A stretch of 64,000 nt of DNA, taken from assembly GCF_964204645.1 (NCBI RefSeq), contig NC_134031.1, positions 8,928,001 to 8,992,000 on the forward strand. The letters run 5' to 3'. The notes under the pieces were generated by a model. That model did not search any database. It was not told the origin of the DNA and saw nothing but the letters and a program-made list of their open reading frames with translations. The position numbers and the translations under genes were made by a program. The DNA is from Tubulanus polymorphus (lineage: Eukaryota; Animalia; Nemertea). Within the stretch, counting starts at the first letter, position 1. Every line of letters starts with the position of its first letter. Positions 20,106-33,492 of the stretch are shown one piece after another.

Positions 20106-22414
20106 TGTAACAAAATTTCATTTCTCAAGACAGATACCTCTATCCCCTTAGTTATCAACGACCGTGCAGAAGATACATTTCCCCTTACCTCAACTCCGGC
20201 GATAACCCGCGGCTCCTTAGTCCCGAAATTGTTCCCGGTGGTAAATAGTACCGCCGCTGTATTTATCTCGCCTTTTACACACTAAATAATTATCGAAAGT
20301 CATCATGTACGATACCGTTTGAAAGAGGATTATAAAGTCTTGACTCGGTGAAAGCATCTACTAATGTCATCGTTTTTTTAGGCGACACGAGTTGTAGTTT
20401 GGTAGATGAACCGATTTCGCCGGTTTGTTTACTTCCGGTCCGGCCACATGATCCGCTCGATAAGCGGGAGAGTTAAAGTTTCTACGATGACGTCTTGTTA
20501 CTGTCACCATAACATATCACCTTAGTATTTAGTCACATAAATTAAGTTCTTAGATAATTATCATTATTACAAATCTAGAAGATGATTTCGGCACCTTCGT
20601 GCCTTAAAGCTTATGAGTATTCGACGGTTAAACCTGCGATCTCGAACGCGGTCACGCATGACGACAGCCTTTCGGGACCTCACTTGTCTTTACGACCGAA
20701 CTATCTGACACGAATTTCATATCATCGGAAAGTACAAGTTCCAACCTTTTTAATGGTATATTACTTCGATAAGAAGACAACGTAGTTCAGCAGCAAAGCG
20801 GCTCGGAAGAATCCTAGGAAGCACATCCGACGGGGCGGCCATTGTTGAGCGACCAGTGAAGCGACGCGGAGTGAAGATGCAACACATCGGAGTCGGCAAT
20901 ATCAGAATATAAGGCGCGCAGTTTTTCTCTTTCAGTTAGTTACTCGGAGAACGTCTTTAAGATGTAAGTCGGTCCGGGACAGCGCCGCCTGGCGGCGTTT
21001 CGGGTCTTGTACCCGTTCGTCTCTGTTCCTTCTTTCTGAGTTAGAAATTAAGGGCCTTAGGCCCACAGAATCCCCCTTACTGTAAATACGTTACTAGTCT
21101 TGAGTATTACTCTTTGTTAAGCATTAAGCTACGGCAAAATCATAGTACGATTTCCTCACCTATGGCCATAAGCCATTGGGCATTACGTTTACCGTCCATA
21201 CTTATGTATTATTGACGGGCCCTGTGTTTCTCGTTTGTCCTTAGGATCGTTGAACTATATATAATCCGTCAATACTTATGTATTAGGTATGGATTCTTGA
21301 TACCAGGCCTTGGGTTCTTGCGTTTCTCCCCGTTTATACTTAAGTATATAGAGACGGGTTTGACCATTACTTGTGCTTATAGCTTTATCAAACTATTATT
21401 CTGCCTTCATGTATGTGTGATATAGGTCCTTAAGACCAGCTTTCAGGCGCGTATCTTTAAGTTTCAATAAATTTTATATAGGTATAATGTTCGCGGTCTA
21501 TATGTTCGTTGTATAAGTTTGAAGCGTAACAGCATGTGTCAATCGCATTATCTTTTCCCTTTGTAAGTATGTAAGCATTTGTGGAGTATGAACCTGTCTT
21601 GTATTTGAGCATGACGTATGTCGGTTTCTGATAGACGAATAAAAGCTGCTGTCGCAGCACGTAATGGTATTAACGATTTAGTAATAGATGTTGGGTAGTA
21701 AAACCGTGGAGTTGGTCGGAGCGTCCATGGTCTGTATAGAGGCTTACTCTCGGAAATGGTAGAGTCCAGCGGAACGTAGTGCAATCCCGTTCGGGTGACG
21801 GGCGGTTTCTGTTTATTCCGCTATCCAATTTAGGCTCAAGCGAGGAAATTCCACGTCGGGGGTGGGTGACGTGGTGTGTGATACGGTCGATTCGGGTTCA
21901 TGTATAACTACGAGGTCGTATGTTATTGGGTGAACAGAAGGGTGCGCATCGCTATCTGTAGGTTCTAACATAGGGTTGGGCCCGATCCTTAGTTCCCGGA
22001 GGATAGTTTTCGAATCGACCCAGTCGTTACGTTCCTGGATCTATCAGCAATCTACACCCGGGGTTGCGGGAATTGCTTACTCGTGTGCTAGGTCGAGTTA
22101 AGCCTGAGAGTCATTTATTATTCTACACACAAACATAACTTCCTGTGGTGGTCGTAGACCCCTTCATAAACATCTTTCCCGTTGTTTACGTGACACAGGC
22201 GGACCCTTTGTAGCGGCGCCATTTTACATACATCTATTACATAAGTACACCTTTACATATATACACTCTGAGGACATATAAGAGGATCACGCTACCGCTA
22301 TGATCGACTCTGGTGCGAGTGAGTGCACACACTCGCCCGGTGAGTATTTTCAGGTACTATGTGGATGAAGAAACATGCTAAATTCTTAATGTATTCTAAC
22401 TACGAAACGCTACA
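20106..22414 (+). repeat. 3' LTR (2309 bp)
   Basis: Copy of 12151-14460 with one 1-nt indel, preceded by a purine tract. Confidence 0.96.
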
Positions 22415-23151
22415 CTAATGTGAAATAATCTTGAATACAAAGTTCCCGGAACTATTTTTGCAGCGTATTTAACCCCATTTATCGGATCGTTTATTAATTC
22501 AATGACTGTAAAACTGGTGTGCTTCGGTTCGCGGTAAACATATACACCATGATGCCGACATGCCACTAATAGCTCTCTCATTCCTCGAGAGCTAAAAATT
22601 GGTAAAAAATTGTAGACTGTAGAGCGGGAACAAACATCAAAATGGCTATCTTACACATCAAAATGACTGTGGTGGCCATCTTGGATGACCTACATATGTC
22701 AAAAACAATAGGGCTCATCCTCCTCACACCTAAAACAAACATACCAAGTTACAAGAAAATCAACCAAAAAGATAAGCACGTAGAGCGGGAACAACATCTG
22801 CATGCCGCCCACCCAACTGCCCAGCTGGACTGATGGACTCAGGCGACAATACCCCTCCCCTCGCGTCCCACGGCCGAGGGGCAAAACTGTGTAAAAAGTG
22901 CTGATTTCAGCTAACAAAAATGGCCACCAGTCAGCCGTGATTCTCAATGGGCCAGTTTTTAGGCTTAAGATATGTCGAGGGTAGAAACATAGCTAAAAGT
23001 CAAATATCAAGATGTTGAAGCATCCACAAAACTTCCAAAAATATCTGGATTCCATATACACGTGACTGATGAAAGTGAACGCAATAGCCAGCTAGGACAT
23101 AAAGCCTCAAGTGGGCTAATTGTGAAAATAACACATTCACATTCATAAGTT

Positions 23152-23586
23152 CAGAGATGAGAACGCCGACCTTTAAAATCCGCGGTTATTAGCGTGGCCG
23201 TCAAGAAAATTTTGGGGGCAAGAAAATTTTAGAAATTAAAAGCGTTTTTTTAGCACTTAGAGCGATTTTGAACCCATGAACGACTATCATATTTGAAGGT
23301 AATGGCTATTTTCCAATGTGGCACATCCTCATTCGATGACAATTAGCATCTCATGCATTACCGGCCGAGCCCTGAATTATTGTAGTTAAAATGCGCAGAT
23401 GAATGCACACTAAAGATCATCACACAATCTATTATATCTAAAGGTGTTCGCCACGTACGTGCGCGGCAACCAGCCGAGTGAGACCATCATCATCCCCCTA
23501 TACTTTTACATCATTTTTGGACTATTCAGAAAAATGATATTGTTCAATGCGGTAAACCGCGGATCCGCGGTGAATTCTCATCCCTG
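23152..23586. mobile_element. hAT-like MITE with 6-bp TSD (copy 1)
   Basis: TAAGTT|CAGAGATGAGAA...TTCTCATCCCTG|TAAGTT. Confidence 0.8.
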
Positions 23587-24660
23587 TAAGTTGAATAGCT
23601 ACATTCATACTAAAAGTGCTGTTTAAATCATATTCGCTACCTGTCATTCATATTGGAAACTTGAAGAACCTCTGACCTCCATAGTTAGGGGGCAAAAAAT
23701 TTTTAATAGTAATATTGGTATATATCATGGAGACAGCACTTAAGCGGAACAGACAATTACCATTGTTACTGTTGCCGCGCGCGTGTGTGCAACCCATCGA
23801 TAAAATACATACACATCCTAAATCGTAGTAGATCCAAACAGTGTCAGATCTCTAGGATGAGATCGAAATGACGTGTATTTTATATATTTTAGATTGTTCG
23901 AGTAAATAAATTTCTAGATTTTAAAATTCTTTTAATTTGTAGATAGTGGGTTTTTTTTATCTTATAATCCATTCACCACGTTTGAGTGTGGTTATCGTTC
24001 TATAATCGTACCCGTTGGCATGGCACTTATGTGTATATGTACTTATACCATGTCTTTGATGTGATACAGCTGAAACTGAACTAAACCACGTGTACTCAAT
24101 GAATGTTAATTGATTGCAACATGCATTTGTGAAGCATTTTGATAGATCACATCACTAAAGATCATGATTTGTGCTATTAAGAACTCAATCTTAATCTTAT
24201 TAAAATCAATCTTAATCTTATTAAAAATTAAATTTATTCTGGTCCTGGGCCGCTGTTGATACTAGATTTTAAGGACTAAATCCATACCAAAAAAAAACAA
24301 TGATGGTCAAGCTTAAATCAACTTTTGGTCACAAATTGTCAATAAGTATGAAGATTTGTAGACCGACCAGCGATAACTGGCCGAAGTTATAATGCATTTA
24401 CGGATTACGAAACCATTAACGAAGCTGAAAGACATACAGACACATTCGATTGAGCCAAAACAGTGTATGATATTGTGCGGCTGGGCGCTGTTTGGTGAAT
24501 AAAACGTTGTGACGATTTCAACCATGTCGAGAATTTCCCCGCTTACAATAAAAATCCTGGCTATAAGAAATCCATATTCAAAATGAACATACGACCAACA
24601 CTATTGAAAACTATATAAATTGTCCATAAAACTATACAAATCAAATAGTAAACCCGTTAG

Positions 24661-26010
24661 AAATAAATTGCCCTTGGGCAAAGTGTGGTTTACTTTGAAA
24701 GCTAGAGGTTGTTTGGAGTAAGGGCATTTCTTGAAAAATCTTATTAATTTGTGACTTCAAAGTTCTAGAAGTTTATATTGTATTTTATCTTTCTTTCAGT
24801 ATTATTTTGTAGTCAAATAAGACCAAAGATAAACATTTGTTTATGGTCTACGTCCAAACGTCCAAAATTTCGTAGGGTACAGGCAGGCGCGGCAGGGAAA
24901 CTATTTTATATTTTCAAAAAAATATTTTTCACAATATGAAAAAATATTCAAATAAAATTCATATGATGTCACATATCACAGGGTGTTGAGTCTTGTTTAG
25001 CAAAGCTATATTCTGTCCTATTCTCGAAGAATGGTCGACATCGGAAATCCGGAACAGAGCGAAAGAGTAACGAGCGAACTATCAGTTTGGAATACCAAAA
25101 CTGGAACTGACTTTATTTTTACACATAGCTATTTATATAACACAGATTCAGACAGGTTGAGACATGGAAAATGATACAAAAACAAAGGTGACGAGTAGTG
25201 ACATGACAGTGAGACAAACAACAATTAACACATTCTGACACAGACAAACAGTCTCAGAGGACAATGAGTAATAAGATGGAGAAATAAAACAATAAAGAAA
25301 TACGAAATATAGATGAAATATGTATAACAATTATCAGTGATATTTAGTGTTGTTAAACTTGGAAACGAAACCTTTTCCAATGTATGGCCTCGGAAGCTAA
25401 AACCGGGGCGTAGTATTAGATCGTTTTAAATCCTGGAATTTACCACTACAATATTCAGACCTCGACCTATACCTATAGTTGGCTGCTTAGTATTTTCAGG
25501 TCACAAGAAATTACAATTCATTACAAATTCTATCAACAGAAAACACAGCGCTCATCTTCTGCTACGACGATTATTCAGCCTGTTATCATACCAAACGTGC
25601 ACGCGCCAAGCAGCGCTACAGCATCACCATATAGTAGTCTGTATGAGCGAGCGTGTGTTTGTGTGTGCAACAGTCTAATGTTTATTAGCACTCTTGCGCA
25701 AGAGGAGGCCTTGTGTAGTGAACGTTCGCTTCACTTCAATCTCAATCACCAATCATTGGGTATTAAAATGAAACAATACCTATGGCGATATGTGTAAACA
25801 ATTTTCCCGCCAAAAACAGTTTTTCATCAAATTTAAACAAAGTTGACTATGTCATCGACGGAGGTTCGCCATGTCTTCAATCGCATCGATTATACGACGT
25901 TTAACCCGAGAACCAATGAAAAAAATGCTCACATATAAACAACGTACCGCGATTTTACATGAATTGGCTCAATGCCAACCTCATACTGCTGACAAAGGTA
26001 AACCAAAAAG
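24661..26010 (+). repeat. Interspersed repeat paralogous to about 55177-56220; this copy has a solo-LTR-like insert at about 24984-25329
   Basis: Shared head AAATAAATTGCCC(T/A)TGGGCAAAGTGTGG and collinear blocks. The insert is TG...CA with minus-strand TATA and AATAAA but no clear TSD. Confidence 0.6.
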
Positions 26011-27478
26011 AATGTTAAAATGCAGGCGGACGCCTGTTTTGAACACGCACCCTACTGCAGGTCAGTCCAGTACGTTAACCGCTGCGCTACCGGGTCTGTT
26101 CACTTGACGGCTCGTAGAGCTATTTTATGTTAGAATTCAATGTAGCTTAGATATTAGGTTCACGCCTACATAAATTCTTGTTTGCTCTTCTGACCTGGTA
26201 AAATTCTTTTTCGTGATATTGATTCATAATAAATTACTATATGCAAATTTGATGTGATCAGACGCTGAGTTATATTTCTCTCTGAATTGAAAATTACGTT
26301 TAGCTATATAAGCTGTTAGTAATCGAATCTGAGAGGAGATACATGTTATGAAATAGATCTGTCTGGAAAGTGGAAAAGAAATATTCATGAGAATTACAAA
26401 ACAGTTTCTGCGAAGCAGCAGAAACCCAAATAAATAAGCAACAGATTCCCACGAAATTCAATAGGGTTAGAGATTTTATTACTGCATTGAATGTTTTGAA
26501 AGTTCCGAAGAGAAACTAATCTTTGTTCGGAAGTTATTTTGTACCAAAGCAAGAAAGTTTCATATGCGATTGCAAAATGGACTTCTCTAAAGCGAAAGTT
26601 CATAATAAGAATACTATCATTTGGGCTAATCAGCAGGTCTAGCCCTAAGTATGCCCAATTCAAATCCCTGCTTTAGAAGAAGAAACTGCACATGTACATA
26701 CAGTAATTCCAAAAACAACCATTATTTGACCCATTATTATTTATTATGGTACAAAATAGCTTATTTACAGATGATTTTCATGTATTACAAGTTTGCATTA
26801 TTTTGGAATGAACAGTGAGGGCTTTCATATGATTAAGGATTTGAAGAGGTTGGCTACCAGTCATGATTTTGACCCCGAAATTCATCCTGACCAACTACTT
26901 GAAAGGGTACTTCCAAAATATGGTAAGTGGCAAAATATTTCAAATGTTTCAGCTCATCCTTGTCATCATAAAGCTGATCGCCTAACTTGTCCTAGTGTCA
27001 GCTTGTGTCTTGACATAATTTGAAAAATACAACAGCAATTTTTCATATCCAGGACATGACTGAACTGAACGCTCAGCTCAGTTCAGTCATGTTCACACCC
27101 CAAATACAGCACAGCCTAGAAGTAACATAACTCATAAGGCGTCTAGTGTTCGTTACAGATTATTCCGTTTTCATTTTTCATAAAACTAGTTACTACCGCG
27201 GTTCAAATACAACACGGTTGATAGCAGCTCCCTTCTTTTCGAGTGCAACTTCTTGTATTTTGGATAAAATACATGCAGTAACATTATAAACGCCTAATAG
27301 GAGCATTTGAAGTCCATTTCCCTAATTCATAATTTGTATTTACTCTGAACTGTTTAGAATTGCAGTAGTTTCTACGGTACCCCTTGACGTTTCTATTGCT
27401 TGGTTTGTTTATCTTTAGTTCTGACACATTGCTTATATTTTCGATCCTGCGAGTTTGTAACTTGTTTTTCTGGTTATT

Positions 27479-27520
27479 CCACCTGATGATGGCTCTAAGC
27501 CAACAGCCGAAACTTTGTGG
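27479..27520 (+). ncRNA. Minimal hammerhead-ribozyme-like motif (Penelope-tail type, probably degenerate)
   Basis: CCAC-CTGATGA-T-GGCT...AGCC-GAAAC-TTT-GTGG: core boxes plus stems I and II; stem III essentially absent. Confidence 0.5.
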
Positions 27521-29542
27521 TTTCAAAATAATAAATTCTATCAGTATAATTTAATTCGAAGTGTGGGATTTCTTCATTTATTCGAAGTTCCATTGCACCC
27601 ATAGGCGTGCAGCAAAACGCGTAATTCTAAAACGCATACTTGTCCCTAACGAGTGTCAAACACATTTGGAACTAAACGAAAATGAATAACAGAACGCGGT
27701 GCGAACAATATAAAAGTAAAAGTTCAGTTTTTTCCAAGGCTGTACTGTACTAAAGAATTTCAAAACAGGGAGATGTTGATTTCTATACAGAATTTTGTCA
27801 TCTTGTAGCCCAAATCGAAAACTTGTAGCCCAAATCAAACGGAACGCCTCATCTTGGAATAAGTTGGTCTAACTAGTGGAGTCACGCAAGGTAGTATCCT
27901 AAGTCGTCTTCTGTTTAATGTCCTGACAGATGACATACACAGTGATCCAAAATATACCAGACCGAGTAAATTTCCAAAACGACCTTAACACTGTTCGACC
28001 AAAAAACTTAAGGTTCCGACAAGAAAATCTTGTTCGAATGAAAATAATTGTGTTTGATCGAACAATACGCTTTTTGTTTGAACCAAAACTTTTCTTCATT
28101 CTGACAAAAAATGTGTTCGAATAAAAAGCTATGTTATTGTTGAAATGAAAAACTTTTTGTCCCGGCAAAAAAATTTGGTTGTGCGAAAACAATTTTTTCG
28201 AACGAATGTTTGAATGAAAACAATTGTTCGATTGAACGAAATACTTAATACTTTTGGTTCGGAGAAAAAACTTTTTACAATATACTAGATATATGAGTTG
28301 ATATATGAGTTTCTTACGACCACCACGAATTGATCACAGACCGACCATACACTGAAATGCAAGGATAGAACAAGTTCTATTTTCAAGGCAATCGGCGAAA
28401 AGTTTTGCATCACATGACTTTGAGACTCGGCGATGATCGAGTCATAGTAGACCTGAGTGCTCTTTAAGATCCAGAGACAAACTAATTGCAATCAGCATTC
28501 ACATGTGTACTACCGCTGTTCTTACGACGATCTAGTTGGTGGTAAGTGTAAGATGATCTGAGATTGGCTTCAGAATATGAGCCTGCTTGCAGTTTATTGT
28601 GTAATACTGGCAAAAACCGTCGTTTCAAGTGTCTCCATTTCTAATGCATGCTCGTCAGAGAAAGTCAGGAAATGGAATGAGTGTGCAGGTGTCATGACAT
28701 GTGCGTTCAGATGCATGAACATTTGCGGTGCAGTTTGTTTGGTCGTCCTTCATAGCATAGATAATCTTATGTATACATTTATTAAATCAAGTGACTTATC
28801 CAAATAAATTAATTCAATGCATCATGATTCATATCATATATATTTCTCTCTTTTTATTAAATCAATAAATCAGAGTTTCATAAGTTAAGTTGACTATTTT
28901 GAACTAAAATCTGTGGAACTGGATCAGTGTAAAGCGTTCTTCATTTTTTGTCAATAATGGGGAACCGGCACACCAGCTATCCCGTCAGATGATGCCACCG
29001 AGATATCAGATGCACTCGATCAAAATTAGTTCATTTTCAAGTAACTTTGATCTCAATTTTCAGTCTTCCAATCCAACTAAGGGTCCAGGGACACCATGCC
29101 CACTGAGAAAGTGGTTTCAACAATCTAACAATTTCAATATTCAATGCCCCCTGGTGACCATACACAAAAATCAATAATCTTGAAACTCATTACAATCATA
29201 GAAAATGTAGCAACTACAATTTTGCAATTGATTTTGATAACAATAAATGCCTTGGTACCAATATAATATGGAAATACTAAGTTATCCCACTATTCCACGT
29301 CCCCTGGTGACCATATGCAAACCCCAATGACCTTGAAACTCACTACAATCATAGAACATGTCATGAGCTACAATTTTGCAATTGGTTGTGGTAACAATAA
29401 ATGCCTCGGTACCAATATAATATGGAAAGTTTTTCAACTATTCAACATCCCCTGGTGACCATATAGAATAACAAATGACCTTGAAACTCACCCCAATCAT
29501 AGACCATGTCATGAGCTACAACTTTGCAATTGACTGTGGTAA

Positions 29543-30594
29543 GGCATAAAATAAAAAATTCTTTGTTTCCGGTCCCACTTGTATGATTTTTATGGGTAGG
29601 TAGGAATGGAATCAAAAAAGAAATTTTTCTGGGTGTTCAACACATCAAAGTAGTATGTCCAGAAAGTCCAAAAGCATGTACAGTAGACCGTCAGTCGACT
29701 ATCGGATTGTTATTGGTTGCAATCACGATGCGATTGATACAATATGATTTGGCAAAAGAAATTGAAATAATGAGTGCGATTGAAATAGATAAAATTCTCT
29801 ATCAAACAACAAACTTGATTAAATTAATCGTTATTTACTATTCTTTTTGGGAACAAGCTTGATACCTTTAAACTCTTTGTTGCCTGTTCGTCATGATTAG
29901 GTTTTTCATGCTTATAAATTCCTCTAAATCCATAAAAACATCGCCCAAAATCATCGCAACCTAGCTCCTGTCAAACATCTGTCAACAGCCACCAGAGTAA
30001 ATCACACTAATTACAGCCAAGAACCGATGCGGCTAAAAAGGAGGTCGTGTTTACAAATATTTTCAATTTCAATTCGATTTGTTTTTTTCTCTCATTATGA
30101 CCTAATAAATAAAGCAAAATAATGAACTGATACTTAAATAAATTATCTTAGATCGGCCTATTGTCAAAAGATTGCACACTGCAAGCATCGTTATTGATAT
30201 TTTTACAGCAGTGTGTGCTGTTGTAAAGTAAGGCGCCTGAGAGTGTAGGTTGTTCCCCCGGTGACAGCCAGCTGATCAATGTATTGTACTGCACTGCATG
30301 CTTGTGGGAAGCACAGCCACGTGTATCTCAGTTCACACTAGCGGCAAACACACTTAGCGTGTCAACTGGCAGAACTTTCTACGATGTTTTTAAATCAAGA
30401 AGTCACGTATTATGACAATTCCAATATGAACACAAAAAAGGTTTTACATCAAAAATGATTTTTTGCTTTTAATTTTTCACTGGCCGGATAAAAATTTTAT
30501 CTTTTTTTACTAAACTTCCATAAAAATGTTTGGGTCGGCACCTTTTTGATTGGGTCGGTCGGGGGACTGGAAACAAAGACTTTTAATTCATGCC
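29543..30594. mobile_element. PIF/Harbinger-like MITE
   Basis: ~35-bp imperfect TIRs (GGCATAAAATAAAAAATTCTTTGTTTCCGGTCCC / GGGACTGGAAACAAAGACTTTTAATTCATGCC); TAA TSD; interrupts one 150-bp unit. Confidence 0.8.
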
Positions 30595-31657
30595 TAACAA
30601 AATATGCATAGGTACGAATATAATATCGAAATGCTAAGTTATTGTATTATTCAATGCCCCCTGGTGGCCATATATAAAAACCAATGACCTTGAAACTCAC
30701 CACAATCATAGAACATGTTATGAGCTACAGCTTGGCAATTGATTGTGGTAACACAATATGCTTAGGTACCAATATAATGCGGAAAAACATTTTTCCACCT
30801 ACGAATGAGTACTGATGACACCAAGATGGCCACCAATTGCATAATAATTGGCTGATCAAAAATACCTGTCTCAGTGATTTAAGATCCCTTTCCATAGAAT
30901 AGCCACCATAAATTTCAATGAAAGATGACAAACCAATAGGAAGCTACACGACTCAGAATTCGGGCAAAAATTGACATTTTTGGGTATAAAAAAGGTCACA
31001 CAGGACAGCCATCCTGAGTCCGATCGACCCAATTTCGCTTAAGCTGATGGGCCCTTGGGGGATACAAATAAATGTGAAAGATCAAGATAATTGATCAAAG
31101 CGTCTTCAAAATTTCCCTTGAAAACTTTAACAAGAAATTCTAAAAATGGGCTTGCTGGCATGGCTGCCCTGAAAGCTTGCTTAGTGGTTTTGTATTTCTG
31201 TAGTAGAATTCATCAAACTATGAACTGTTTACTTTTTGAAGAGCGAAGAGTTCGGTGTTGTCTTACATCGTTACATGAAATTTTACACACGGGACTGGGG
31301 ATCGAAATGATTTTATTGTAGACGCGGACAAAGTTAGTACAAGCTTTTGGATAGTTGTTATTTGAATATTGAAGTGTCTTAACGAAATCTATCATGTTAT
31401 CATGTTGATAATTGCTAGATTAGTTGTCAGATTGTGTTGAAATGATTTTGCTAGAATAAATTTACAGCTGAAAGAAACTAGGGGTCCAGGGACATGGGCA
31501 TGGTTTCAAATGCTCTAACAATTTCAATATTCAACGCCCCCTGGTGACCATATACAAAAACCAAAGACCTTGAAACTAACCACAATCATAGAACATGTCA
31601 GCAGCTACGATTTTGTAATCGATTGTGATAACAAAATATGCCTCGTTACCAATTTAA

Positions 31658-32222
31658 CACGTTCACAGCCACCTAGTGGTTTAACGTCCGGTCGCCATTG
31701 CCAACGCTAATTTTTTACATTATACAATTTATATACTGCCAGCACTATTTGTACATTGATAGATAAATACACTGATCTATTTTAGTGTAAAAAACCAATG
31801 ACGAGATAACTCGTCACTGGCACTGGTGAAGAGATTCTCAATTTTTTCTTGTCCCCATTGCCAGTGAAAAGCGTGAAAAATCGAATAAAAATCTAAAAGA
31901 ATAAAAGTTTTATTTTAAAAATGATATAGAATGATTTTAGTCGTTATATTCTCTCTTAATATTGGCCGGAAAAGAAGCTAAAATGCATTGCTTTCTGAAG
32001 ATTTTTTAGAAAAAATTTCAAGTGTGCACCAGACTTGAGTTACCCCCATAAATAATATCTTAGTCTCTCCATACTGCCAGACAATTATTATCTGGTTTCT
32101 CGCCTCTGCCAGGTCATTCATAACGCTGTAAAATGACATTGAATCGATGACGATATAACTCGTCATGGCAAACTGCGGCGCACCCACCATGAAGATTTAG
32201 CTCGTCAGCGGCAGCGAACGTG
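31658..32222. mobile_element. piggyBac-like MITE
   Basis: TTAA|CACGTTC...GAACGTG|TTAA inside a 150-bp unit. Confidence 0.85.
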
Positions 32223-33492
32223 TTAATATGGAAATACTAAGTTATTCTACTATTTAATGCCCCCTGGTGACCATATTTAAAACCCAATAACCTTGTTACT
32301 CACCATAATCATAGACCATGTCATGAGCTACAACTTGATTGTGGTAAGAAAATATGCATTGGAACATATTTTGTTATCATGACCAATTGCAAAGTTGTAG
32401 CTCATAAAATGTTCAATGATTATGGTGAGTTTCAAGGTCATTGGGCTTCGCATATGGTCACCAGGGGGTGTTGAATAGTAGAATAACTTAATTCAAGTTA
32501 TGCTACTATTCAACGCCCCCTGGTGACCATATTCAAAACCTAATGTCCTTGACTCACCACAATCATGGTCATGAGCTACAACTTTGCAATTGGTCATGAT
32601 AACAAAATATGCCTAGGTACCAATCTAATAAGGAAATACTAAGTTAGTCTACTATTCAACGCCCCCTAGTGACCAAATAGAAAAACTAATGTCCTTGAAA
32701 CTCACCACAATCATAGACGATGTCATGAGCTACAACTTTGCAATTGATTGTGGTAACATAACATGCATTGGTACAAATATGATATAGAAATACTAAGATA
32801 TTGTATTATTCAACGCCCCCTGGTGGCTATATACAAAAACCAATGACCTTGAAACTCAACACAATCATAGAACACGTTATAAGCTATAACTTTCTACTTC
32901 ATTGTGGTTACAATATATGCTTAGGTATCAATATAATGTCAAAAACTTTTTCCCAACTACGAATGAGTACTGATGACACCAAAATGGCCACCAATTGCGC
33001 CATAATTGGCTGATCAAAAATACCTGTCCCGGGTATAAAACATCCCTTTCCAAAGAATACCCATCAGCAATTGCAATGAGAAATGGCAAACCAGTAGGAA
33101 GCTACAGGACTTCTAGCCATCTTGAGTCCGATCGACCCAATTTTTGTTATGCTGACGGGCCCTGGGGGGATACAAATATATACGAAGCATCGAGGTAATT
33201 GATCAAAGCGTCTTCAAAATTTCCCTCAAGTTCAAAAACGTGTAAAAAGTGCTGATTTTGGTGAACAACAATGGCTGCCAGTCTTGAATCTGAGAGGGCC
33301 AGTTTTTGGGCTGAAGATGTGTCTAGGGTAGATACATGTGTAACCCAAATATCAAGACATTACATTGAAGCGTCTTCAAAACTTCCCAAAATAACTGGAT
33401 TCCGTCTATGGACGGACGGACGGATGGACGACGGACGAAAAGCAATAGCCCGCTGGGACTCGAGTGACTTCAGGTGAAGAGAAGCGAACACA

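Larger units (their letters stand above)
12151..22414 (+). mobile_element. Full-length Ty3/Gypsy LTR retrotransposon with long LTRs and an extra non-env 3' ORF
   Basis: Near-identical direct repeats 12151-14460 and 20106-22414 (TGTAAC...GCTACA), PBS, PPT, gag with CCHC knuckle, pol domain order PR-RT-RH-IN. No matching TSD (CTTG left, CTAA right). Confidence 0.98.
10632..22597 (+). mobile_element. HINE-type element split by the Gypsy insertion
   Basis: Head containing GCTCTCGAGG (near 10656) and tail CCTCGAGAGC-TAAAAA (near 22583) are inverted partners. Confidence 0.55.
29077..33480 (+). repeat. HINE-like composite with ~150-bp tandem core repeats (two adjacent copies with nested MITEs)
   Basis: Unit CCCCTGGTGACCATAT...GACCTTGAAACTCACCACAATCATAG at 29151, 29304, 29452 and later positions; head ACTAGGGG(T/C)CCAGGGACA; (GGAC)n near the 3' end. 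Related copies at about 10166-10500, 56810-60250 and 63090-63330. Confidence 0.8.

Noticed and set aside
26771-26922. Plus-strand exon-like block (...DPEIHPDQLLERVLPKYG|gtaagt)
   Set aside because: All three frames hit a stop from the obvious acceptor, and no partner exons or recognisable protein were found.
29100-33000. 150-bp repeats as a CRISPR-like array
   Set aside because: Whole units are homologous with no unique spacers, the context is eukaryotic and there are no cas genes.
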